From Octopus sinensis (Eukaryota), in the NCBI RefSeq assembly GCF_006345805.1, contig NW_021829885.1, positions 1 to 56,645 of the forward strand: 56,645 bases of DNA, in the 5' to 3' direction. The number at the start of each line of letters is the position of its first letter. The stretch's first letter is position 1. The notes under the pieces were generated by a model. It had not been told where the DNA came from. It did not search any database and was given only the letters and a program-made list of their open reading frames with translations. This document shows positions 25,451 to 37,472 of this stretch, piece after piece. Both the position numbers and the translations under genes were made by a program.

Positions 25451-26014
25451 TTTCTTCTGTTTTTAATCATTTAAATTCTTCTGAAAAAGGTGCTCGTTTC
25501 TAACAAACATACGACTCCATCTTTTACATTTTAAACCCGAGAAAAGTCTCGCATAGTTTTACTGATCCAGTTACAGATTGTATTTGTAATGTGCGAGTCA
25601 GATGGTTGATATCTTTTTGTATGCATGTATGTATGTGTGGTATGTACGTGTGTGTATGTATGTATGTATGTATGTATGTATGTATGTATGTATGTATGTA
25701 TGTATGTATGTATGTGTGTGCATGTGCATGTGCATGGATGTTACTATGTACGAATGCGAATACATACGCATACAAGCGTGGATGTATGTGTATACATATA
25801 AATATCATTGTCGTTGTTGTCTGTGTCGTCTTCCTTGCCAGCGAATTCTGACGGGAGAATAAAGGGACAGATGATATATATTATAAGAATTACTATTTTT
25901 GTCTCTCAGTTGTATGTATGTATGTATGTATGTATGTATATACGTACATATATATATAATATATATATATATACATAGTAAATGTGGCTTATCGCAATTT
26001 TTGCCTCTCAGTTG

Positions 26015-26049
<35 letters not shown>

Positions 26050-26286
26050 TATATATATAATATATATATATCTTTATATATAATATATATATATATATAT
26101 ATAATATATATATATATATTATTATATATATATATAATATAATTATCTTATGATATATATCATTTGTCTCATTATTCTCCCTTCAGAATTCATCTGAAAG
26201 TTAAAGATATACATAAATATCAAATAAAATGAGACAACAAAGCCAAGGCAGAGTGAAATTTCTAGGACATTTATAAAAAGAAAGGT

Positions 26287-26336
26287 AGTCTTACAGCTGT
26301 TTCAGGGATATGAGGGATATCTCTTCATCAGAGCCG
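26287..26336 (-). ncRNA. Minimal type I hammerhead ribozyme motif
   Basis: Minus strand: cggct-CTGATGA-AGAGATAT/ccctc/ATATCCCT-GAA-ACAGCTGT-A-agact. Core intact, stem III palindromic, GUA triplet, stem I weak. Lies downstream of a Penelope-like C-terminal remnant (26340-26590). Confidence 0.75.
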
Positions 26337-26615
26337 ATATGAGAGTTAAATAGAAGGAAATAGTAGAGTTCAATAAAAGAAGTTATTTTGAAAAGGGAGA
26401 GATACAGGAAGTATAGATGGAATTAAGAGAATAAAATTAAAATATATGTTGGATGTTACAGTTGTAATTCCATTATCCAAGGAAAGTGCTATGTAGAATG
26501 GGTAAAAAGGCTTCTTGTCCATGGTATATAAATTCTGGTAGGAGTTCATATTTTGTTATAACAGATGGATAATGTGGAGCCATTAATTTCATGTGCTGTT
26601 CATTCAAAGGGGCCT

Positions 26616-26672
26616 TGTGTGCTCTTGCTCCACTTAATCCACTGAAGGGAATAAGTGGAGCAAGAGCACACA
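26616..26672. repeat. Perfect 21-bp inverted repeat with 15-nt loop
   Basis: TGTGTGCTCTTGCTCCACTTA (26616-26636) / TAAGTGGAGCAAGAGCACACA (26652-26672). Confidence 0.97.
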
Positions 26673-26690
26673 CGAAAACGAAAACGAAAA

Positions 26691-26736
26691 GTGTCGCTGA
26701 AGAGGTCACAGATGTGTGACGAAAGATCTTTGGACA
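26691..26736 (+). ncRNA. Minimal type I hammerhead ribozyme motif
   Basis: gtgtcg-CTGAAGA-G-GTCACA/gatg/TGTGAC-GAA-AGATCT-T-tggaca. Perfect 6-bp stem II, palindromic stem III, one extra G after A9, imperfect stem I. Confidence 0.7.
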
Positions 26737-27086
26737 ATGGACATGTGTTAAATTTTTAAAAAATGAACTGTAATAACTGAAACCCAGATACTACGATAAT
26801 CAAACATAGGTACCCGACTAAGAATTATTACCATAAGATTTTATCTATTTCTATCTTTAACGCACATATAACGTTTTATTGAAAAAAAAAACAACCAAAA
26901 AAATGTATACTTTAAATGTTCTAAAAAGAAAATGGTGTTCACTGTATGCATTAATAAAACAATCAATAATTGCATTAGACTAAAATAAAATTTCCATGTT
27001 TAAATTTAAATCATTGAAGAGAAGTGTCTTTCTATGCATAGATACATACACACATACATATATATATATATATATTATATAAATGC

Positions 27087-27146
<60 letters not shown>

Positions 27147-27148
27147 TA

Positions 27149-27180
<32 letters not shown>

Positions 27181-27318
27181 TATATATGTACTTGTACATA
27201 TATGTGTTTGTTGTGTGTTATGTGTGTATCTCCAGTCGTCATAAATAATTAAAATAAACAGATACTTATTTAATCTTCTGTAGATTCTGTCTTTAAGCTG
27301 ATGCATATCTATCTATCT

Positions 27319-27370
<52 letters not shown>

Positions 27371-27411
27371 CGTATTTATATTTATCGTATACATAGTGTA
27401 TATATATATAT

Positions 27412-27452
<41 letters not shown>

Positions 27453-27803
27453 TATGTGTGTGTGTCTCTGTGTGGGTGAATGCATGTGAATGCTTATGTA
27501 TATATATATATATATATACAGATGTGTCTATACAGGTATACCCATAGTCTCACACCCAAACACACATATGCGCGCGCACACACACACACACACATACACA
27601 CACATATCCTAAGCAGAGGTTACATCTTTCATGTAGATTTATGAATAACAACCGAGCAGTTACTGACGGGGGCTGGGACTCAATTTTGAGGTAAGACGCA
27701 GCTTCATTGTACAATGTGTATTTCATCTCATGGATAATATATATGTATATATATATATGTATATATATAAAAATTATGAACGTGATTTTATCCTTCTATT
27801 CTT

Positions 27804-27889
<86 letters not shown>

Positions 27890-28094
27890 TATATAAAAAC
27901 CCCTTCGATCATGAATGACCATGGGATTGCACCTAGAAAGTTAGTCTTCGAGGCACAAATCTGGACAAGGTTGTTTATGTGAGACCAGCTGTCGTCCATA
28001 TATATACATGTATATATATACATATATATATATATACATATATATATATGCATACAAGCTCTTACAAACATACACGTATATATGAGAGAGCGCT

Positions 28095-28335
28095 GAAACA
28101 AGGGTGTGAGCTGGCAGAAACATTAGCAACGCCGAGCGAAATGCTTAGCAGTATTTCGTCTGCCGGTACCTTCTGAGTTCAAATTCCGCCGAGGTTGACT
28201 TTGCCTTTCATCCTTTCGGGGTCGATAAATTAAGTATCAGTTACGCACTGGGGTCGATGTAATCCACTTAATCCTTTTGTCTGTCCTTGTTTGTCCCCTC
28301 TACGTTTAACCCCTTGTGGGCAATAAAGAAATAAG
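28095..28335 (+). mobile_element. SINE family C (full length)
   Basis: GAGCTGGCAGAAACATTAG...GAGTTCAAATTCCGCCGAGG...CCCCTTGTGGGCAATAAAGAAATAAG. Confidence 0.92.
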
Positions 28336-28532
28336 GGGCTGAAAATTTCCTTGCATTAAGGGCTTGGTTGGATGTCCAGCTTTCCGAGTTCTTTTACAGG
28401 GCTTAGAAAAGCTGAAGGACCGCTACAATAAGTATGTGAATCTGAGAGGAAAGTCTGTTTCATAATCATAATTAACTTATCCTTCTGTATTTTCTTTTAC
28501 CCAAAGCCAGAAAATTTTCAGTACCTTATCGT
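28336..28532 (+). mobile_element. mariner-type transposon 3' end fragment
   Basis: Peptide GLEKLKDRYNKYVNLRGKSVS* resembles a mariner transposase C-terminus, followed by a TIR-like CCAGAAAATTTTCAGTACCTTATCGTA. Confidence 0.55.
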
Positions 28533-28551
28533 ATATATAAATGAAATATGT

Positions 28552-29826
28552 ATTAAATACTACAAAACGTACACGTACGACCGACACGGAAGGACGCTAA
28601 TTCTTCATCAGTGATCGACTAAATGTACTAATACTCAGTTTCGTGCCTTTAGCGATAAGACTGAGAACTTCGTATGTCGGCGGCAACCGCAAGATTTGTA
28701 TAGAGTTAGGGCTCGAGCAAACATGACAATACAGAGTGGACGTACGGAAATAGACAAATGTTATTTGAAACGATAGACGACGTCACAATAAATAACGCCT
28801 TTCGGTCAAATACGGGTGTAACGGGTAACACATAGAAGAAAACCTCAGTGAATATAAAAAGAGAAATAGTAAGAGGGGAGAAAACGTTGATAGGTGGGCT
28901 TAAGTGTCCGGTGGCGAAAAGGCAGAGATGGGAAAATTAGTCACAGGTCTCGTGCGGGCAGTAGATGGAAGGAAGGAGGATAAGAGAGAGAGGAAGTAGG
29001 GATGCTAGAAAAGGAACATTAGGACGTGAGAGAAAGAAAAAAAAAAAAAGAGTTGCAGCATGCCTTCTATTTTCTCTTTTACTTGTTTCAGTCATTTGAC
29101 TGTGGCCATGTTGAAGCTCCGCCTCTAGTCGAGCAAATTGACCTCAGGATTATTCTTTGTAAGCCTAGTACTTATTCTATCGGTCTCTTTCGCCGAACCG
29201 CTAAGTTACAGGGACGTAAACACACCAGCATCGGTTGTCAAGCGATGTTGGGGGGGACAAACTCAGACACACACACACACACACATTTATACATATATAT
29301 ATAGATATATATACATATATACGACGGGCTTCTTTCAGTTTCCGTCTACCAAATCCACTCACAAGGCTTTGGTCGGCTTGAGGTTATAGTAGAATACAGT
29401 TGCCCAAGGTGCCACGCAGGGGGACTGAACTCGGAACCATGTGGTTGGTAAGCAAGCTACTTACCACACAGCCACACCTGCGCCTATTTGTCAACATTTT
29501 CTCCTCTCCCACTATTTCTCTTTTTTTTATATCCATTGAGGATTTCTTCCAAGTGTTACCCATCAATTTCGTGTTTGGCCGAAGGGCGTTATTTATTCTA
29601 TCTTCGTCTATCGTTTCAAATTACATCTGTTTACTTTCGTACGTCCACCCTGTATTGTTTTGTTTTCTCGATCCCTAATTCTACGCAAATCTTGCGGGTA
29701 CCGCCGATATACGAAGTTCTCAGTCTTATCGTTAAATGCACGAAACCGAGTATTAGTATTTTTATTCGATCACCGATGAAGAATTAGCGTCCTTCTGTGT
29801 CTGTCCTACGTTTTGTAGTATTTAAT
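28552..29826. repeat. Long inverted repeat, arms of about 340 bp (28552-28890 and 29490-29826)
   Basis: For example CGCTAATTCTTCATCAGTGATCG and GATAAGACTGAGAACTTCGTAT on the left match the reverse complements on the right; roughly 80% identity by eye. Confidence 0.92.
29075..29485 (-). mobile_element. SINE family A (full length)
   Basis: Complete head, internal microsatellite and tail. Confidence 0.93.
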
Positions 29827-29937
29827 GAATTTTTCATCTATTGAATAACTGAACGCCTCGCATCCCGACTTTTGTTAACAGTAACTTTATATATATATTA
29901 TATATATATATATATATATCTATATATATATATATTA

Positions 29938-29968
<31 letters not shown>

Positions 29969-30078
29969 ATATTATATATATATATATTATGAGTGTGGAA
30001 GACTGTGAACTGGCAGAAGTGTTAGTACGCCAGGAAGGAATGCTTACGGGCATTTCATCCTTCTTTACGTTCTGAATA

Positions 30079-30120
<42 letters not shown>

Positions 30121-30121
<1 letters not shown>

Positions 30122-31311
30122 GAGAATAAGTGAAATACTGAACGAACAGTTTCAAAGTGTGTTCACTACACCTCTAAGAAACAGGCAAGTGAATAAACCA
30201 GCTGAATTGTTTACCACATTGCCTGTAACCAAAGAGACGAAAATTGATTACATCGAAGTTGTAACAATAGTCGTAGATGAGGTTGACAAACTCAGCTGCT
30301 GGCCCCGATGGATTCCCCAAAATCCTTCTCGAATCGTGCGAACGAACTCTTTCAAAACCACTGCAGCTTCTTTTTCAGAGCTTTCTAGCGAGTGATAAGC
30401 AACCAGACAAACCGAAGGAAGAAATAATATACCCTCTCCATAAAGGAGGAAGCAGAGCAGACGCTAAAAATTATAGGCCTATCTCTCTGTCCTCACGCAT
30501 CAGCAAAGTCATGGAATGAATAGTCGGCAATAATCGCGTTCCTTGAAGAAAATTACTTGCTGACTGACACCCAACATCGATTTCGATTGGGTAGAAACTG
30601 TCTAACACAGCTCTTGCAGCATTACGACTGGGTGTTAAAATAGCTGCTAAATGACTCAAGTGTGGATGTGATATATCTAGACTTTGTAAAAGCCTTTGAT
30701 AAAGTCGACCATAGTATGATATGTCACAAATCTCGGTATAGTTGGAAAACTTGGAGAGTGGCTAGATGCCTTTCTAAACGATAGACATCAGGCAGTGGTG
30801 GCAAATGGAGCCACCCCAAAGGAAACATAAATAATAAGTGGTGTTCCACAGGGTACTGTCTTAGGTCCACTGCTATTCATAGAGATGCATAGACATGCAG
30901 GCCCTCTCAGACATGCATTCAGCTGCTCAGATAGCCACTCTTGCTAGGTATGCAGATGGCACAAAAGTCTCTCAGACAATACGAAATCCTGAAAATATTG
31001 CACATCTGTAACGGAAGTTGGACGCAATATACAAGTGGATTGAGGACAACAACATGCAGTTTAATGCAGGAAAATTCCAAGCCCTGCGCTACCAACACAC
31101 AAAGCTGAACGTCATACAGACAGGATACACTGGCCTGAAAGGGGCTGCAATCCCTGAATCAAAATCAGTAAGTGACCTGGGCATTGACATGAGCAATGAT
31201 GCATCTTTCCAAGGACATATTATCAATTTGGTAATAGAATACAGACGGCTAGATGGATGGATCCTCTGAACTGTGGTGTTCCAGCATAACCGCAGCTTTA
31301 GAACTGAAACA
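30121..31311 (+). pseudogene. CR1-clade LINE RT fragment, degenerate
   Basis: SAAGPDGFPKILL, NYRPISLSSRISKVME, VDVIYLDFVKAFDKVDH, SGVPQGTVLGPLLF, NNMQFNAGKFQ, VSDLGI. A tail-like GTGTTCCAGCATAACCGCAGC...CTGAAAC follows at 31273-31311. Confidence 0.92.
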
Positions 31312-31536
31312 CTTGGCGATTTTCTTTCTCCGCTCGGAACGTGATATCCTCTTTCTTTTATTTCCTTTTCTGAGCGTTCAATAACACTGTACTTGTTCCA
31401 TGTCCTCGCTCCGTTGTTTTCTTGCTTGTTGATGTGGGATTGATTTTATATATATATATAATATATATATATTATATATATATATATATATAGATATATA
31501 TATATATATATATATGTACATCATACACATATATAT

Positions 31537-33092
31537 GATTGATTGATTGATTGATGATTCTAGTTTCAGCTTATGAGCTGTGGCCATGCTGGGGCACCGC
31601 CATTTGGTGTTGCTACTTGGTTTCACTTCATGGAGGTTTTCTAGCAACTGCTATTTGGTGCATGAGAGAGTTCGATGCAGCTGCCCTCATCTGCCCCTCC
31701 TGCCGTGAAGTTGGTTCATCTGGGACACCTGCAGGAAGAGATCCAGCTTCATTTTAAAGACATCTGTATCCACCCCATGCAGGTCTCTCAGGTTCTTCGG
31801 GAGGATATTGAAGAGCTGTGGGCCTCGGAAGCCCAGGCTATCACAGAATTGTGCCTACATCTTGATGGCAGGTTTGGAGTCCTAGGCACCACGCAGTGGC
31901 GCCCAGTTCTGGCATTTGCGTAAACTCTCAATGCCAAAGTTCAGGACACTTCCCTCCAGGATCTTCCAGATGATATTATGGCATATCTTTCCCGCCTACG
32001 CTCCAGGGAATATAATTTTAATCTCTTGAGTCTTTCCCGTAGCTTACATTTGCATAGAGGCTATCTTCTTTGTGTAGCTTCGTTGGATCGCCTCAAGTTC
32101 TGTGATCAACTTGACACTGGATGGTGACCATAGCTGAGAGCAATAGTCAAAGTGGCTTAGGACAAGTGTCTTCCAGAGGACCATCATGGTTTCTTGTTCT
32201 CTTGTTCTAAAGGTTCTAAGAATCCATCCAGCCAGCCGTCTACATTCATTGTCAGTTTAGCAACATGTACATGAAAGGTCGCGTCATCACTCATGTGAAT
32301 ACCCAGGTCACGCACTGAGTGTGCCTCTGGGATTGCAATCCCTTCCGGGTCCAGGTATTCATTGGGTATTGCATTCAGTTTTGCATGCTGATAGTATAAA
32401 GCTTGAAACTTTCCAGCATTGAACTGCATGCTATTCTTTTCAGCCCACTTGTATATTTCGTCCAGCTCACATTGCAGGTGTTTAGTGTCCTCAGGGTTCT
32501 GTATTGCCTGTGAAAACTTTTGTATCATCTGCATAACTGTGATCGTGGCTCTCTGCGTGGCTGAGGGCATGTCTGAGAGGGCCATTATGAACAGTAGTGG
32601 TCCCAGAACAGTGCCCTGCGGAACACCGCTCACTATTTGTGTGTTAATGGAGATGGCCCCATTGGCTACTACCACCTGACTTCTATCCTTCAGAAAGTCA
32701 TGAAGCCATTCTCCCAGTTTTCCAACTATGTTGAGATCACGCAGTTTGTGACATATCATTCCATGATCGACTTTATCAAAGGCCTTTGCAAAGTCGAGAT
32801 ATATCACTTCCACATTTGAGTGGTTGAGCAGCCGTTTCAGCACCCAGTCATAGTGTTGTAGCAGCTGAGTTACACAGCTTCTCTCTGGTCGGAAACCATG
32901 TTGGGTGTCGGGCAGCAAGTCATTCTCTTCAAGGAAGGTGATCAGCTTCCTTCTGACTATTCGTTCCATGACCTTGCTGATGTGTGAGGTCAGAGAGATA
33001 GGTCTATAGTTCTTGGCTTCCGCTCTGCTACCTCCTTTATGAATGGGGCATATTTTACCTTCCTTCAGTTTTCCTGGAAGTTTGCCAGCTGC
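31537..33092 (-). mobile_element. CR1-clade LINE, 5'-truncated, with intact 3' end and (ATCA)n tail
   Basis: ORF 32184..32969 has QHGFRPERSC, YLDFAKAFDKVDH and GVPQGTVLGPLLF. It continues with DYCSQLWSP and LERRRER. 3' end GGCGGTGCCCCAGCATGGCCACAGC...CTGAAAC, then (ATCA)n at 31537-31556. Confidence 0.94.
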
Positions 33093-33114
33093 AAATACAT
33101 ATTTCTTTCTTTCT

Positions 33115-33256
33115 ATTACTTGTTTCAGTCATTTGACTGCGGCCATGCTGGGGCACCGCCTTTAGTTGAGCAAATCGACTTATTCTTCGTAAGCCCAGTA
33201 CTTATTCTATCGGTCTCTTTTGCCGAACCGCTAAGTGACGGGGACGTAAACACACA

Positions 33257-33323
<67 letters not shown>

Positions 33324-33465
33324 ACACACACACACACAAAACATATATATATTACATATATACGACAGGCTTCTTTCAGTTTCCGTCTGCCAAATCCACT
33401 CACAAGGCATGCCCAAGATGCCCGGAACCATGTGGTTGGTTAGCAAACTACTTACCACACAGCCA
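33115..33465 (-). mobile_element. SINE family A with internal deletions
   Basis: Tail, (CA)n and partial head. Confidence 0.9.
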
Positions 33466-34049
33466 CTGTATATTATATAGGTATGCATGCATGTATATAT
33501 TGACATATATTGTTATATATGTGTGTGTCGATTTCAATGTGTATGAGACATCTTATATTTTGTGATAACTATAGTAATACTCGTATAACATATATTACAT
33601 TTACAATAAGTAAGTTAAAGCTAATGTATTGCTTCATTTGTTGTCTTTAAATCTTAGCTTCTTTTGTAACTAATAATAAGTGGATAAAGATCTATGTTTA
33701 ACTGTCCTCTCTTTTTTCCTATGTATCTTTAAATTTACGTGAATGTTAGCGGGAGGAGTGATAGCGCGCGGCTTGTGTATGTATGTGTGCCTATGTCTGC
33801 CTGTTCTGCACGTTATATTAAATATGTGCGTGTTTCTTTATGTGAGCATGTAAGCGTTTGTATGCGCGCGTCACGAGTGTGTGTGTGTGTGTGTGTGGTG
33901 TGTGTGTGTGTATTTGTGGCAGGTGTTTTCAGCGCGAGGATAAATTCTTCATATTTGACTTTCAATCATATTTTATTGCTATCCAGAGAGAAGCTAAATT
34001 AATGTTGAAGACTATTCCGAACCCGACCGGAATAATCTCAAATCAATTT

Positions 34050-34057
34050 CTAAATGC

Positions 34058-34088
<31 letters not shown>

Positions 34089-34347
34089 ATTATATATATA
34101 TATAAAGATGCATATGTACATATATATATATATATATTTGTATGAATATATATTTATATCCGTATCTATATCTATCTACCCATCTATCATTTATACATAT
34201 GTAGGTGCTTATGTGTATATATATGCATATGTATATGTATACATATATATATATGTTGCGTATTATATATAAATATATATATATATATATATACATGAAC
34301 ATACGCATATATATATACACATACATACATATATACACACACCACTC

Positions 34348-34395
<48 letters not shown>

Positions 34396-35744
34396 CGCAT
34401 ACACACACATATATATATATATAGATGCATACACACACACATGTGTATATATATCCTTAAAATTTCACAAGAAGACATATTAAGGGCTGCACGAATAATA
34501 AAGATACATATGCGTATGTACATATATATATGCATATATATATATACACACACACATATATATATACACACAGACATATATGTATATATATATATATATA
34601 TATAGTATATATATATATATGTATATATTTATGTAGGTGTTTATCTATATATATATGTATGCATGTTTGCGTATTGTACACACACACACTCACACACTCT
34701 CACACATACTTAAAAATACACATGCAGACATATTAGGGGATGCACGAAGGAAACAAAAAAAAAAAGGAAAACGAAACCCCAAAATACTTTAAACAGAAAG
34801 ACATTAAAAGAAAATAAATTTCAGCACTCGCGATGGATCTCAAGGGAATAGTGTTTCTCTTACACATGGGATCACACATAAATACCTATTATCTAACTCC
34901 CAGTTTTTAGGGTTCTTTCGCTTTCATGCTCCTTCATTACCCCTTACCTTCTTGTGCATTAATACGCATGGGTATGTATTTCAACGCCTATGTATACGCG
35001 CCAGTATTTATGGCAGGCGCATACACAGCTCGGGTACATGCAGATAATCATATATAACACACACATATATATGTATATATATATATATATATACTCTCTC
35101 CTTCTCTCTCTCTCTCTCACACATACACACAAACGCACACACACACACATACACACACATATACTTAAACATGCATGTTAGATATATATGCATAATAGCT
35201 ATCATATATATGTATGTTTATATGGGTATGAATGTGTGTATGTATATATGTGTGATGTATGTGTATTCTTCCAGGGAGGGGGAAATATATTTGTTGCACA
35301 ATTTCAAAATTTCAAGAAGCTTATGAAAGTTTTTATATGTATATATACACATATATATTTAATGCGTGCTGTATGTAATGTGCGTAAAAATCTATGTATG
35401 TATATATGTGCAAACGTGTGTGCGTGTGTGTGTGTGTGTGTGTACATAATGTACATAAGTACAACTATTCATATGCATATATGTATATATATGTATGTAT
35501 TCAAGCACGTGTGTATATGTTTATATATATTTATGTGTAAACACACACGTACGCACACACGCGCGCACACACGCGCGCACACACATACACACACACACAT
35601 ACACACTGCGCGAGCGTATGCAATTGATTCTGTGAAATTACTAGGTGATTCGTTCGCTTCAAGCACCTAGGTCAATTTGTCCTCTGGGAGTATGTGTGCG
35701 CAGCATTGGGTGAGGGCATCAAGATTATGCTGAATACAACGTTG

Positions 35745-35809
<65 letters not shown>

Positions 35810-35830
35810 TGTATGTATGTATGTATGTAT
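34050..35830. repeat. Field of (TA)n/(CA)n/(CATA)n microsatellites
   Basis: Direct reading; source of many Y/I/M/C-rich ORFs. Confidence 0.95.
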
Positions 35831-36162
35831 ATGTGCTGGTGCAAAAGTAGGTATACAGTTATTAAAAAAGAAAAAAACACGTACAATACTTACTTACTTT
35901 TAACCCCCAAAATTAAAAGTTACGATAAAAGTATTATTATAGTATTATCATGATTAATGACACTGAAGCTAATTTAATGTGCTGATGATTTTAATGAATT
36001 AAGTATCATAACATTGATGTTATACTTACTGTATATCTACTTTTTCACCACCCTATATATACATAGGTGTATATATATATATATATAACGCCATTTTGAA
36101 TCGTTAGCCCCTACACGCAATTTTTTCTCTCCTTGTTTCTCTCCTTGTTTCTTTTCTGTGTA

Positions 36163-36200
36163 TCTTTCTGTCGAAGAGCGTAGGCTCGAAACGTAAAAGA
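36163..36200 (+). ncRNA. Hammerhead-like motif with non-canonical core
   Basis: TCTTT-CTGTCGAA-GAGC/gtag/GCTC-GAA-ACGT-A-AAAGA: perfect 5-bp stem I, 4-bp stem II, ACGT palindrome and GUA triplet, but the core is CUGUCGAA rather than CUGANGA. Confidence 0.55.
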
Positions 36201-36296
36201 CTTGTTTTATTTCCATTCCTGAGCGCCATACAAATACATTATTTGTTTTTACTCCACCTGCCTTCGTCTTTTGTTTATTTTCATAAACCTTCCCGT

Positions 36297-36373
<77 letters not shown>

Positions 36374-36560
36374 ATATACAAATAAGAAAATGGAGAAACA
36401 ATTTAGTTGGTTTATCACCTTTAGGATATTAGAATGTTGACTTATTTATTTAACAAAACGAGAACCATAATAACATACATATATACCTTAAAATTCTATA
36501 CAAACAAGATAAGGATACAATTATAAAAACCTTAATAAAAATAATTGGAATCATCAAAAT

Positions 36561-36687
36561 CACTCTTACAGCTGTTTCAGCCTATGGAAAAAAGTAATTT
36601 TCAGTGCCTATAGTTGTCAATTATATCGAGGTTGTAGGCATTTAAAATGGGGTACTTATATATATCCATAGGCCTCGTCAGAGATTA
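36561..36687 (-). ncRNA. Type I hammerhead ribozyme motif with a 76-nt insertion in loop II
   Basis: Minus strand: taatct-CTGACGA-GGCCTATGGA[76 nt]TCCATAGGCT-GAA-ACAGCTGT-A-agagtg. Core intact, 10-bp stem II, palindromic stem III. Confidence 0.8.
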
Positions 36688-36858
36688 TAAAGTATTTTCA
36701 AAATATAAACATGTACATGAAATATGATATACGTAGTGGCCCAGCAACAAAATTTGCTAAGGGAGTGCAAAACCAGGTCCTAATTTTTTAATAAAAATGT
36801 TGATTTTTCCAATGTTAACATTAAAACAAATGCAGGTATGATAATAATTTTTATTATT

Positions 36859-36995
36859 ATGAGGGTCGACTGAAATGTTCATAATCTGAGCAAGATACTC
36901 TCAAGGGAATGTGACTAAATGAAGTTCATTTTCTAACATAGTTCCTCTTACTTTCCACACACTTCCATTAGTATTGCAGTGCTTGGGTCGCACTG
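36859..36995 (+). mobile_element. mariner-type transposon end / MITE fragment
   Basis: Starts TATGAGGGTCGACTGAAATGTTCATA, resembling TA + CGAGGG.. mariner TIRs. Confidence 0.5.
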
Positions 36996-37004
36996 AAGAA
37001 TAGG

Positions 37005-37412
37005 CACAAACGTGGCTATGTGGTAAGAAGCTTGCATCCCAACCACATGGTTCCTGGTTCAGTCCCACTGCATGACACCTTAGGCAAGTGTCTTCTATTA
37101 TAGCCTCAGGCTGATTAAAACCTTGTGGGAAGATTTGATAAACAGAAACTGAAAGAAGCAGGCGAGCTGGCAGAATCGTTAGCACGCCGGGCGAAATGCT
37201 TAGCAGTATTTCTTCTGCCGCTACATTCTGAGTTCAAATTTCACCGAGGTCGACTTTGCCTTTCATGCTTTCGGGGTCAATTAAATAAGTACCAGTTACG
37301 CCCTGGGGTCGATATAATTGACTTAATCCATTTGTCTGTCCATGTTTGTCCACTCTGAGTGTAGCCCCTTGTGGACAGTAAAGAAATCAGAAACTGAAAG
37401 AAGCCTATCGTG
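37005..37412 (+). mobile_element. SINE family A head containing a nested family C SINE (37160-37387)
   Basis: 17-bp TSD CAGAAACTGAAAGAAGC at 37143-37159 and 37388-37404 flanks the family C copy. Confidence 0.92.
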
Positions 37413-37414
37413 TA

Positions 37415-37419
37415 TATAT

Positions 37420-37472
<53 letters not shown>

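Noticed and set aside
28605-28611. CTGATGA in the inverted-repeat arm as a hammerhead
   Set aside because: Stem AGAA..TTC(C/T) is followed by GTGT, not GAAA, in both arms
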